A stretch of DNA of 32,000 nucleotides from Halomicronema hongdechloris C2206 (GTDB lineage Bacteria; Cyanobacteriota; Cyanobacteriia; Phormidesmidales; Phormidesmidaceae). The position numbers and the translations under genes were made by a program. The DNA is taken from the NCBI RefSeq assembly GCF_002075285.3, contig NZ_CP021983.2:1230001-1262000 (forward strand). The letters are read 5' to 3'. This document shows positions 8,483-15,885 of this stretch, piece after piece. The first letter of the stretch is position 1, and every line of letters starts with the position of its first letter. The notes under the pieces were generated by a model. The model searched no databases. It was not told where the DNA came from and worked only from the letters and a program-made list of their open reading frames with translations.

Positions 8483-9067
8483 ATGCCCCAACCAGATCGT
8501 CGTCTCGAAGTCTCGGAAGCCGCCTGGCGCGTCATCGTCCGCGAAGGGTTAGACCGCACTAGTATGCGGGCGATCGCCCAAGAAATGGGCTGCACGACTG
8601 GCGTGGTAACCCACTACTTTCGCAATAAGCAGGAGTTGATCCTGTTTGCCCTCAGGCAGGTGAAGGAACGGTTGCAGGCTGCGATGGAGCAAGCCGTTGA
8701 GTCGGTGCCTGGTCCCGACCGACTGGTGGTGATGCTGGCGGCGTTTTTGCCGCTAGACAGCGAGCGTCAGGAGATCCTGCGGGTGTGGCTAGCGTTTTTG
8801 GGCTATGCCGTCGGCCGCGACAACCTCATGGCGGACCATCAGCAGAGTGCGGCTCAGCTGCGCACCGTCATCATCCAGGAACTCGAAGCTTTGAAGGCTC
8901 AACAGATACTCCGATCGGACATAGACCCTGCAACTGAAGCCAATGCCTTACTGGCGCTGGCAAACGGCCTCAGTCTGGACTCCCTGATTCAAGGTCAGCC
9001 GCTGAGTCTAGACCAACAGCGCCTGGTCCTCCAGCGCTATGTCAAGACGCTCCTCATCCAGGATTAG
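8483..9067 (+). CDS. TetR/AcrR family transcriptional regulator
   Basis: The N-terminal HTH is typical of TetR_N (LDRTSMRAIAQEMGCTTGVVTHYFRNKQELI), followed by a helical C-terminal ligand domain. The longest ORF starts at 8411 inside the operator, so the ATG at 8483 (MPQPDRR) gives the usual short N-terminus. Confidence 0.85.
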   Translation: MPQPDRRLEVSEAAWRVIVREGLDRTSMRAIAQEMGCTTGVVTHYFRNKQELILFALRQVKERLQAAMEQAVESVPGPDRLVVMLAAFLPLDSERQEILRVWLAFLGYAVGRDNLMADHQQSAAQLRTVIIQELEALKAQQILRSDIDPATEANALLALANGLSLDSLIQGQPLSLDQQRLVLQRYVKTLLIQD

Positions 9068-9094
9068 GCGTCAGCTCCCCCGAGCATCTCCGGC

Positions 9095-10354
9095 TCAATT
9101 GTCATCGGAGGATGGCTGTCGACAGATGCCAAATACCGACGTATACCCATGCAAAAACGTCGTGCTACCGATGGGGCCAATCTCGCCGCCGCAAAAGAAG
9201 CCGCTGAGGGGAATATCCTCGAAATACTGCTGAAACAAGCTGGCGTCAAAATGGGGCTGTTCATACAGGCCCTGCCCCCGACCCATGCAGGTAAACATCA
9301 GGGCTCCGACGGGGGCAGCCTGGTTCAGATCCGACTGCTGGCGATAGCGCTGTAGCAGCGTGTCTAGATCCTCGGCCGAGGTGCGGGCATCCCGCAGATG
9401 AAACTGAATGCGCTGGCCGGGACGGATGCGATCGCCCACGGCTATGGCCCCCACCCGGGGGTCAACCCCAATCAGCTGTCGAATCAGAAAGTCGCCATGC
9501 TCTAGGGTCTGCTTAAAGCTGTCTTGGGCAATGCCGACGAAGAGGGAGTCCTGGGCCAGTTTGCGCTCATCCTCACTGAAGTCCTGGAAAATTCCCTGTA
9601 ATGCTTCCAGGGGACTCTGAGGCTCACAGTCATCCCCGTCGGGCTCTGCCAGTTTGATCAAAATATTGCGCTCGGCTTCTACAATCCGATAGGGATGGCC
9701 AATGGGACGACACCCCTGAGCCACGATGGTGTCCATGACGATCTGACCGGATAGGGCAACGCCGACGATGCCGTCATGATGCACCTCCTGATTGCAAAAG
9801 AGGCTGCTGCTGCGGTTGATGCTACCCACACTGGCCAGCCCCCCCACCTTAACCGACCCTGGATAGGCAAAATCCAGCCCCTGCAGCAATTCACTGATCC
9901 CCGAAGAGAAGGGGTCTGCCAGCAGAATGAAGTTGGGATGGTCACTGGGCGGGATGCCAATCAGCTTGTGCCAAGCATCTGGGGGACTGTCTAAGTCGGG
10001 CAGGTCGTCCTGGGTTAGGTGAAATCCCTGCACCGAGACCTGAGGCAGGCGGGCCAGGCTGAGGCTGAGGGCGGGTTGCGCTTCAATTTCAACCGCTTGC
10101 TCTGCCGCAGTCATGCCCACGACTCCGCCACCGCTGCAGCCAATCAGCACGGGAATGTCGATGGCGGCCTGCAGCAGGGGTAATAGACGAGAGTATTCGC
10201 TAGCAAAGGCCGAGGAGATAAATACCAAGCCTAGGTCCGGCGGCTCTGAGAGTTGGTGGCGAAGTTGAGCAGTCACGTCTTGGACTGCTGCTTCTAGAGA
10301 CACCTGAGTGGATATGGCGTTGGCCCACTCCATCGGCTGGGTTGTTGCGTCCAT
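9095..10354 (-). CDS. Stand-alone FIST_N + FIST_C sensory domain protein
   Basis: FIST-type features include LGLVFISSAFASEY, CSGGGVVG and the C-terminal FIST_C signature GFFCGGEIGP. I prefer the ATG at 10354 because an AAGGAGG Shine-Dalgarno lies 9 nt upstream; the longest ORF starts at 10414. Confidence 0.85.
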   Translation of the reverse strand: MDATTQPMEWANAISTQVSLEAAVQDVTAQLRHQLSEPPDLGLVFISSAFASEYSRLLPLLQAAIDIPVLIGCSGGGVVGMTAAEQAVEIEAQPALSLSLARLPQVSVQGFHLTQDDLPDLDSPPDAWHKLIGIPPSDHPNFILLADPFSSGISELLQGLDFAYPGSVKVGGLASVGSINRSSSLFCNQEVHHDGIVGVALSGQIVMDTIVAQGCRPIGHPYRIVEAERNILIKLAEPDGDDCEPQSPLEALQGIFQDFSEDERKLAQDSLFVGIAQDSFKQTLEHGDFLIRQLIGVDPRVGAIAVGDRIRPGQRIQFHLRDARTSAEDLDTLLQRYRQQSDLNQAAPVGALMFTCMGRGQGLYEQPHFDASLFQQYFEDIPLSGFFCGGEIGPIGSTTFLHGYTSVFGICRQPSSDDN

Positions 10355-10765
10355 GCCGACGCACCTCCTTGGCTCCGTTGGTTGTTCTGTCTGATTGTAG
10401 TCGCATCCTGGCATTTCCCAAGGCTAGGCACAAACTGGCGGCCATTCACCGACGATGTTGCTGCCCATACCGCTACCGCAGTCGACTAGCTGTATAACCA
10501 TTGTCATGGGAATAGTAGGTGCGATCGCATCTTAAACAATCATTAAACCCCCATGACCGATTCAGCCTGCCATGGGGCCATCATGAATGCTGAAATCGAC
10601 CATCAGTAGGGAAATCTATACCTTCTGTTTCATGTTTTCAACACGGTTAGCCCGGTAAAGTGCGACTACAATGGTCGATGAAAGATTGGGATTTGCGATA
10701 GACATCACAGATCTCAAGGGTTTCACAGCCACCGAATTTCATCGTAGCAATCATCACTTGAGTTT

Positions 10766-10987
10766 ATGAGCAATATCAAAGAGCAGATCAACCAAGAGAT
10801 TCAGAGCGCCCGGGACGCTTGCGACACCTCGGGGAAGAGTTCTGAAGAGTGCGCTGCTGCTTGGGATGCTGTTGAAGAGCTACAAGCCGAAGCCTCCCAC
10901 CAGCGCCAGAAGGAGCCTAAGAGTTCCTTCGACGAATATTGTGAGAACAACCCCGACGCTGACGAGTGCCGCGTCTACGATAACTAA
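10766..10987 (+). CDS. cp12: CP12, redox-regulated scaffold of the GAPDH/PRK Calvin-cycle complex
   Basis: 73 aa with the AWDAVEEL core motif. It has an N-terminal Cys pair (CDTSGKSSEEC) and a C-terminal Cys pair plus tail (CENNPDADECRVYDN). Confidence 0.9.
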   Translation: MSNIKEQINQEIQSARDACDTSGKSSEECAAAWDAVEELQAEASHQRQKEPKSSFDEYCENNPDADECRVYDN

Positions 10988-11162
10988 GGTCAGCCAGCCG
11001 GTTTAGAGTCGACCTTTGACCCAGTCGCGATAGCTTTAGCTGGCTGGTCATGGTCATATCGCTGGTTAGCTTATCCCCAACGGAGGTAATCTCCCTCTCA
11101 CCGGGCCAAAATCATCAAGCTGGGCTTTCCAGTGTTAATCTAGCGTCGCTTCCCCAAACCAC

Positions 11163-11190
11163 GGAGAAGCGGCGCTTTTCCGTTATTTAT
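11163..11190. terminator. Hairpin plus T-rich tail between convergent cp12 and the small Cys/Gly-rich ORF
   Basis: GGAGAAGC-ggc-GCTTTTCC forms an 8-bp stem with one G-T pair, followed by GTTATTTAT on the + strand. It could terminate either convergent gene. Confidence 0.4.
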
Positions 11191-11195
11191 CAAGT

Positions 11196-11438
11196 CTACG
11201 ATCGCATCTGGCTACTATGGGGCTGCTGGGGAGGCAGTGTCTCGGCACTGGCTGCGATCGCAAGTCCGCCTAAGAACAGCAGCAAGAGCACTGTCCATCC
11301 AAAGATGACCGCTGCCGGCTGATAGACCACATGGTCGCTCTGCGAGGTTGACGTTGATTTGCCGTAACTCCCACCGCCGGTGGTAAAGCCACACCCCCCA
11401 AATCCGCCACAACCACCGGATCCACCACTACAACTCAT
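11196..11438 (-). CDS. Small (80 aa) Cys/Gly-rich, single-pass membrane protein of unknown function
   Basis: An ATG is preceded by AAGGAG with a 6-nt spacer. The N-terminus is MSCSGGSGGCGGFGGCGFTTGGGSYG, followed by a Ser/Thr linker, one TM helix (AAVIFGWTVLLLLFLGGLAIAA) and a short polar tail. Confidence 0.5.
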   Translation of the reverse strand: MSCSGGSGGCGGFGGCGFTTGGGSYGKSTSTSQSDHVVYQPAAVIFGWTVLLLLFLGGLAIAASAETLPPQQPHSSQMRS

Positions 11439-11977
11439 CGTGTACTCCTTATCTTATTTCTCGACTGGATTAACTCTATCGAGAGGCATTGGCTGGTGGA
11501 CCATAAGCAGGGTTATGAACCGGACTATGATTCATCGAATGCAGCTAGCCCAAGCAAGGGTTGACAATCAAGATAATTGCTAAAGTCCCCCATTTTTGGG
11601 GGCTGGGGGGCCTTCGCGAAAAGCTTTCCCATGGGTTTGTTGCCAACCATGAATTTCGCCATTGGTATCTTGGTAGGGGGGCTGAGGGGAGCGTCGCGAT
11701 GTGCTTTACCCGATTGCAATTTGCTGTAGATCTCAAAATGAGACGACCCCGTCGCACTCTGGAACCCATGATTCTGGGTAAAAGTAGGAGCGGATCTTGA
11801 TTGTGGAACTTTTTGAAGTCTCTATTAAAAAGCCTTGAGGGCCTCTTTCACGTTGCCGGAATCGCGATAAACCGGAGAGAAGTGTGTTCGGGAGCATCTA
11901 TGCCCCCAGGGGTTTGCCCAGGACAGCAGTCTAGAGGCCGGGCTGCCCCCCAGAAATCATTAATTTTTTAACGGTCA

Positions 11978-12006
11978 CTAACCCGGAAGCTTTTTTGCCG
12001 GGTTAG
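11978..12006 (+). other. 9-bp perfect stem-loop just upstream of the WYL-regulator gene
   Basis: CTAACCCGG-aagcttttttg-CCGGGTTAG. It lies 39 nt upstream of the ATG at 12045, which carries a GAGGAG Shine-Dalgarno. Confidence 0.3.
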
Positions 12007-12044
12007 TTGCTTAGGATAGTCGCCAAGTCAGCTGAGGAGTTTCC

Positions 12045-12632
12045 ATGTCGCGCCTGCAGCTAGAGCGGTTACTCAAGATCGACGCCCTGATCCGTCGTCC
12101 TCAGCGGCAGACGGCGCTGACGCTGGCAGCAGAACTGGAGGTGAGTGAGCGCACCATTCGCGATGACCTGGCCTTTCTGCGGGATCGCTTTCACGCTCCC
12201 CTAAAGTTCACTCGCAATCAGGGGCATCACTACACCGATGCCGAGTGGCGGCTGCCGACGGTACCCCTGACCAAGGGCGAACTGTTTGCCCTCACCCTAG
12301 GGGCCAGGATGCTGGAGGCTTATGCCGGGTCGACCTATGCGGTGGAGTTGCGATCGGCGGTGAATCGATTGGCGGAGCGCTTACCGGAGCAGGAGTGGCT
12401 GGATCTGCAACAGCTGGCCGATGATCGGTTGATCTTTCGGGCCGGGGCCGAGACCAACCTGGACTTAGACATCTGGCAGCAGTTGGAAGATGCCTGCCGC
12501 GACTCACGGCAAGTATGGATGCGCTATTACACCGCCAGTCGGGATGATGTCTCGGAGCGGCAGCTGGATCCCTATCTGTTGCATATCTATCGGGGCACTA
12601 ATCCCTATGTGATTGGCTGGTGCCATCTCTGA
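12045..12632 (+). CDS. HTH-WYL family transcriptional regulator, apparently C-terminally truncated
   Basis: An N-terminal HTH_11-like region (LTLAAELEVSERTIRDDLAFLRD) is followed by the start of a WYL domain (VWMRYYTASRDDVSERQLDPYLLHIYRGTNPYVIGWCHL). The ORF stops at 195 aa, in the middle of the WYL domain, and there is no WCX-type C-terminal domain. No continuation is visible in the other frames downstream. Confidence 0.7.
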   Translation: MSRLQLERLLKIDALIRRPQRQTALTLAAELEVSERTIRDDLAFLRDRFHAPLKFTRNQGHHYTDAEWRLPTVPLTKGELFALTLGARMLEAYAGSTYAVELRSAVNRLAERLPEQEWLDLQQLADDRLIFRAGAETNLDLDIWQQLEDACRDSRQVWMRYYTASRDDVSERQLDPYLLHIYRGTNPYVIGWCHL

Positions 12633-12752
12633 GCCCCTCATTCAGTCCAGAGTTAATATGAAGCTGAAGCAGATTACCCCCTCTGATACAGTAGCCCCTG
12701 GCTACATTGCTGTCGTTGAGTTTGGGACTCCCAAGGCGCAGGTCGTGGAAAC

Positions 12753-13100
12753 ATGCAGGACGTAGACACCCTTCACCGAGAAGCTATGGAACTAGTTGAC
12801 CAGGCAGTCCTGGCGCGTCAACAGGGTGATGCTGAAGCCGCCATCGCGCTCTCTAAAGCCGCCTTCACCAAAGAACGAACAGCGGCAGACCTGGTAGCCG
12901 ATCAGTTGGATCTGGAACCGACTCGCTCCGTTTTACATCGCAGTGCCGCCGCCCTGGCCATCGAGTGTCGTGAACTGCGAGAGGCGGAACGTCTCATTGG
13001 CCGAGCCCTCGCAGGTAATCCGCCTGACGACATTGCCAATGAACTCCGCGATTTGCTGCTGAAAGAAATCTACTCTCAACGGCAGGCGATTGGGCACTAG
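12753..13100 (+). CDS. Hypothetical all-helical (TPR-like) small protein
   Basis: 115-aa ORF with an ATG start and an Ala/Leu/Glu-rich helical composition. I recognise no family. It ends 3 bp from the convergent CcbP-like gene. Confidence 0.45.
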   Translation: MQDVDTLHREAMELVDQAVLARQQGDAEAAIALSKAAFTKERTAADLVADQLDLEPTRSVLHRSAAALAIECRELREAERLIGRALAGNPPDDIANELRDLLLKEIYSQRQAIGH

Positions 13101-13103
13101 CGC

Positions 13104-13517
13104 TTACCCGAACTCGTAGCCTTGATTGACCCAGTAATGCCAATCAGAGATCGCCTGTTGAGTCTCTTCATCTGCCGCTGGAGCCTCAAGCTGAATCAAC
13201 GGCACGGCCAAAGTATCGCCTTCCCAGTCGATTTCCACAAACATCTCCCGCTCACACTCATCCTCTGAGGCCATGCCGACCACCTCGACCGTTTGCCCGT
13301 CCTTGAGAGGGGAAATACGCCGCTTGCTGATACAGCTTGCCGTAAATGGGAACTGCATGGTGCCCTGCAAATAGTAGTACCAGCCCATGGCCTGCTCTTC
13401 AGGGTCGTAGGCATCCACCACAATTTGCATCGTGATGCGCTCTTCAATCTCTGCATCCTGCTCAATGTTTGCCATGACCGCTGCTCGATATCTGAAGGCT
13501 GCACCTACATTAAACAT
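13104..13517 (-). CDS. CcbP-family calcium-binding protein
   Basis: This acidic protein has EEQAMGWYYYL, FPF, VEVVGMASEDECEREMFVEI and the C-terminal AISDWHYWVNQGYEF. These match my recollection of Anabaena CcbP (ERAMGWYYYL ... AIADWLYWLARGYKF). The ATG at 13517 overlaps the upstream stop codon (TGATG); an alternative ATG is at 13475 (MANIEQ). Confidence 0.7.
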   Translation of the reverse strand: MFNVGAAFRYRAAVMANIEQDAEIEERITMQIVVDAYDPEEQAMGWYYYLQGTMQFPFTASCISKRRISPLKDGQTVEVVGMASEDECEREMFVEIDWEGDTLAVPLIQLEAPAADEETQQAISDWHYWVNQGYEFG

Positions 13518-13753
13518 CAATGTCCTTTCGCTAGGTCAGCATAGATAAAGGTCTCAACGCCCAAGGCAATGAGTAGGATAAGCTCTGCCCAAGACAGAAC
13601 TATTACCCCAATCGGTGGATTGGCCACTAGATACCAAAACGACGAAATCTTTTCGTCATTCACCACATAGGTCCATCCCAAAATCAGGCAAACCCAGGGA
13701 ATCACCAGCAGCGCATAATAGTGAGTTGGGTCAGACACCGCAAACGACACCAC
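13517..13753 (-). CDS. Small two-TM membrane protein, translationally coupled to the CcbP-like gene
   Basis: 78 aa with two hydrophobic helices (YYALLVIPWVCLILGWTYVV; PIGVIVLSWAELILLIALGV). Its stop codon overlaps the downstream ATG by 1 nt. Confidence 0.4.
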   Translation of the reverse strand: MVSFAVSDPTHYYALLVIPWVCLILGWTYVVNDEKISSFWYLVANPPIGVIVLSWAELILLIALGVETFIYADLAKGH

Positions 13754-13798
13754 CGCCCCAAATACCCCCAGCGTCGAATGGCACTGACGTAAGCCCTA

Positions 13799-14074
13799 TC
13801 AAGCTACTAGTTTGGCTTTCAGGACCGAGCAAGGTTCCCGAAAATGCGGGAACGGTTTAGGACGGCGCTTGACGACTCGGGGTTCTGAACGGTTGGCTCG
13901 AAACGGAATGATCAGCTCTCGCACAGCGCTTAATAAAGCCTGGTAGCCACGCTGTCGTTCGGATGGAGCAAGATGCAGGAACTCAGGTCGGAAGTGGTTG
14001 AATTGTTGCCGAATGCCCTGCAGGGAGACCCGTAAAGCTTCCACCTCGGAGTTGTCGGCACGATTCAGCATCAT
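13799..14074 (-). pseudogene. Possible C-terminal remnant of an IS4-like transposase
   Basis: The tail NRSEPRVVKRRPKPFPHFREPCSVLKAKL resembles the basic C-terminal tails I associate with IS4-type DDE transposases. No DDE catalytic core lies upstream and I could not identify inverted repeats. Confidence 0.3.
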
Positions 14075-14105
14075 AGAGGCAAGCTTATGGGCTTCGACGC
14101 TTTGA

Positions 14106-14145
14106 TTCTTAGGTAAACAATCGATTTCTTAGGTAAACAATCGAT
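14106..14145. repeat. Perfect 20-bp tandem duplication TTCTTAGGTAAACAATCGAT x2
   Basis: Read directly: the copies are at 14106-14125 and 14126-14145. The duplication lies between the transposase-like remnant and the DUF4058 gene. Confidence 0.95.
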
Positions 14146-14258
14146 GGCCATGCCATTCCTGAAATGTTCCGTACTTGCCCCTAGCTGACTGACCAGTGCC
14201 GTGCCTGAGACAAACGCTACAGTAAAGCTATTCGATGGAGCCAATGGGGAACCTGGTC

Positions 14259-15035
14259 ATGCCCTCTCCCTTTCCCGGAATGGATCCCTATCTTGAACAT
14301 CCTGACCTTTGGCCAGAGGTGCACAATCGGTTGCTGGTTGCGATCGCAGATAGCCTAGGCCCCCAACTGCGGCCCAAGTACCGGGTAGCCATCGAGAAGC
14401 GAGTTTACGAAGACATTCGCGATGACTTACTGGTGGGACGGCCAGATGCGGCGGTATTTGAACCACCGTCTCAGGAAACGAGTCCAGCCTTATCCCAGCC
14501 CAGTGCTACTGCAACAGCACCGATTACAGTAGAACTACCAATGCCGGAGGAGATTCAAGAACGCTACTTAGCAATTCGAGAAGTGAGCACGGGTATTGTC
14601 GTGACAATCCTGGAACTCATTTCCCCCAGCAACAAGCGCCTTGGTAGAGGACGGCAGCAGTATGAAGAAAAACGCCTCAAAATTTTGGCCAGCCAGACCC
14701 ATCTAGTGGAAATTGATTTGATTCGAGCCTTTTCCCCTCTGCCGATGCGCGGCCCCGAGCAACCCTCCCTCTATCGAATTTTGATCAGCTGTGCCGATCA
14801 GCGACCTCGCGCGGATCTGTATCCATTTGATTTGCGATCGCAGATTCCCGCCTTTCCCCTGCCGCTCCAGCCTCAAGACCCAGAAATTATTGTGGAATTG
14901 CAACCATTGTTGGCTCAGCTATACGACCGGGCTAGCTATGACTTGGCAATTGACTACAGTCAAGACCCGGTTCCCCCCCTGACGGGTGAAGATGTGGCTT
15001 GGGCCAATAAGTTGCTGCGCAATAGACGGCACTGA
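14259..15035 (+). CDS. DUF4058 family protein (Uma2-like PD-(D/E)xK-type fold suspected)
   Basis: It has the hallmark N-terminus MPSPFPGMDPYLEHPDLWPEVHNRL and the core VVTILELISPSNK ... THLVEIDLIR. The longest ORF begins at 14235. Confidence 0.85.
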   Translation: MPSPFPGMDPYLEHPDLWPEVHNRLLVAIADSLGPQLRPKYRVAIEKRVYEDIRDDLLVGRPDAAVFEPPSQETSPALSQPSATATAPITVELPMPEEIQERYLAIREVSTGIVVTILELISPSNKRLGRGRQQYEEKRLKILASQTHLVEIDLIRAFSPLPMRGPEQPSLYRILISCADQRPRADLYPFDLRSQIPAFPLPLQPQDPEIIVELQPLLAQLYDRASYDLAIDYSQDPVPPLTGEDVAWANKLLRNRRH

Positions 15036-15306
15036 CCGGAGGGGACGGACATCATTCTTGGATGACTATCCCCGACGTCAAGCGGAGCCATTCAGGGTAG
15101 GGATGCGATCGGGCTCGCGGTAGCAAGCTCCTCTCGATGAGTGGATAATGGCATCCACATCCAGCCAGGCATCTTATCGGCTTTCCCAGATTTCGAATGT
15201 TGGCTTAAAATTGTTATAGTCTTCACCTCGAAGCGTCTTGACCAGCTAGCGAGATTGCTGGGAACAGAGGAACGCAAGATGCCGATAGTCTGGCGAATTG
15301 GTTCGG

Positions 15307-15594
15307 TCACTTGGATTTGCTTTTGTCTCTCAGCTCACCCGGCATCGTTACCTTGGGCCTCTTGAGGTAGTTGCGGTAATAGAGCCGTTCCCAAAATCCA
15401 GGCTTTATCGTATGCCCATCCTTAAAACGGATAGTGCCGTCAGGGTTCACCGTAGTTTCGTCCTTGAGCCAGACCACCGTTCCATCAGCGTAGACTGCAG
15501 CATCAATGCAGGCACACCCCGCTTGAGGAATGATTAGGTTAAAGGAGAGCACTGCAACAATAGAGATTCCGATAATTGCAATGGATTTTCGCAT
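15307..15594 (-). CDS. Small exported protein of unknown function
   Basis: The ATG at 15594 gives MRKSIAIIGISIVAVLSFNLIIPQAGCA, which looks like a signal peptide. A DGT-repeat region follows (DGTVVWLKDETTVNPDGTIRFKDGHTI). The longer ORF start at 15636 is TTG. Confidence 0.45.
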   Translation of the reverse strand: MRKSIAIIGISIVAVLSFNLIIPQAGCACIDAAVYADGTVVWLKDETTVNPDGTIRFKDGHTIKPGFWERLYYRNYLKRPKVTMPGELRDKSKSK

Positions 15595-15676
15595 CGCATT
15601 GTTGCGCTCGAGTCGAGGAAATGCCGTGTAGAGCAATCATTATCATCAACCTGATCATAACTGATGAGCCAGAATA

Positions 15677-15826
15677 TTATGCGACATAGATGACTTGGGC
15701 TAAGCTTAAAATCTCTTGACGTCGTAGCCAGTTGCGACTCTGCTCGATCGATTTCTTGGTCATAATATCGACTTCTCTGCCACAGAGAGCTTCCAGCTCA
15801 TGTTTCAGCCGAGAGCCACTCTTTGC
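15677..15826 (-). pseudogene. C-terminal remnant (about 49 codons) of a MntA-type nucleotidyltransferase (antitoxin-like)
   Basis: My translation of the minus strand gives AKSGSRLKHELEALCGREVDIMTKKSIEQSRNWLRRQEILSLAQVIYVA*. This matches the conserved C-terminal part of small nucleotidyltransferase-domain proteins. In-frame TGA and TAG stops lie immediately upstream, and no HEPN partner is present. Confidence 0.5.
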
Positions 15827-15885
15827 TCAATTCTAGTGCGAACTTGGGACGTGCTGAACCCCAGATGTGAGGACGCCAACAGGCA

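Noticed and set aside
11380-11800. Four overlapping 64-79-aa ORFs in the long intergenic region
   Set aside because: They overlap one another in different frames and strands, their translations are repeat-derived (PPKMGDF, SPQKWGTL), and they have no ribosome-binding sites. I treated the region as non-coding.
11439-12044. Retron-like msr/msd or other RT-associated ncRNA
   Set aside because: There is no reverse transcriptase gene anywhere in the window, and no long flanking inverted repeats of the retron type.
12045-13100. WYL regulator plus adjacent gene as an intact defence system
   Set aside because: The WYL protein is truncated. The neighbouring 115-aa helical protein has no enzymatic motifs, and no nuclease, ATPase or effector gene is intact nearby. 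I reported it as a decayed islet instead.
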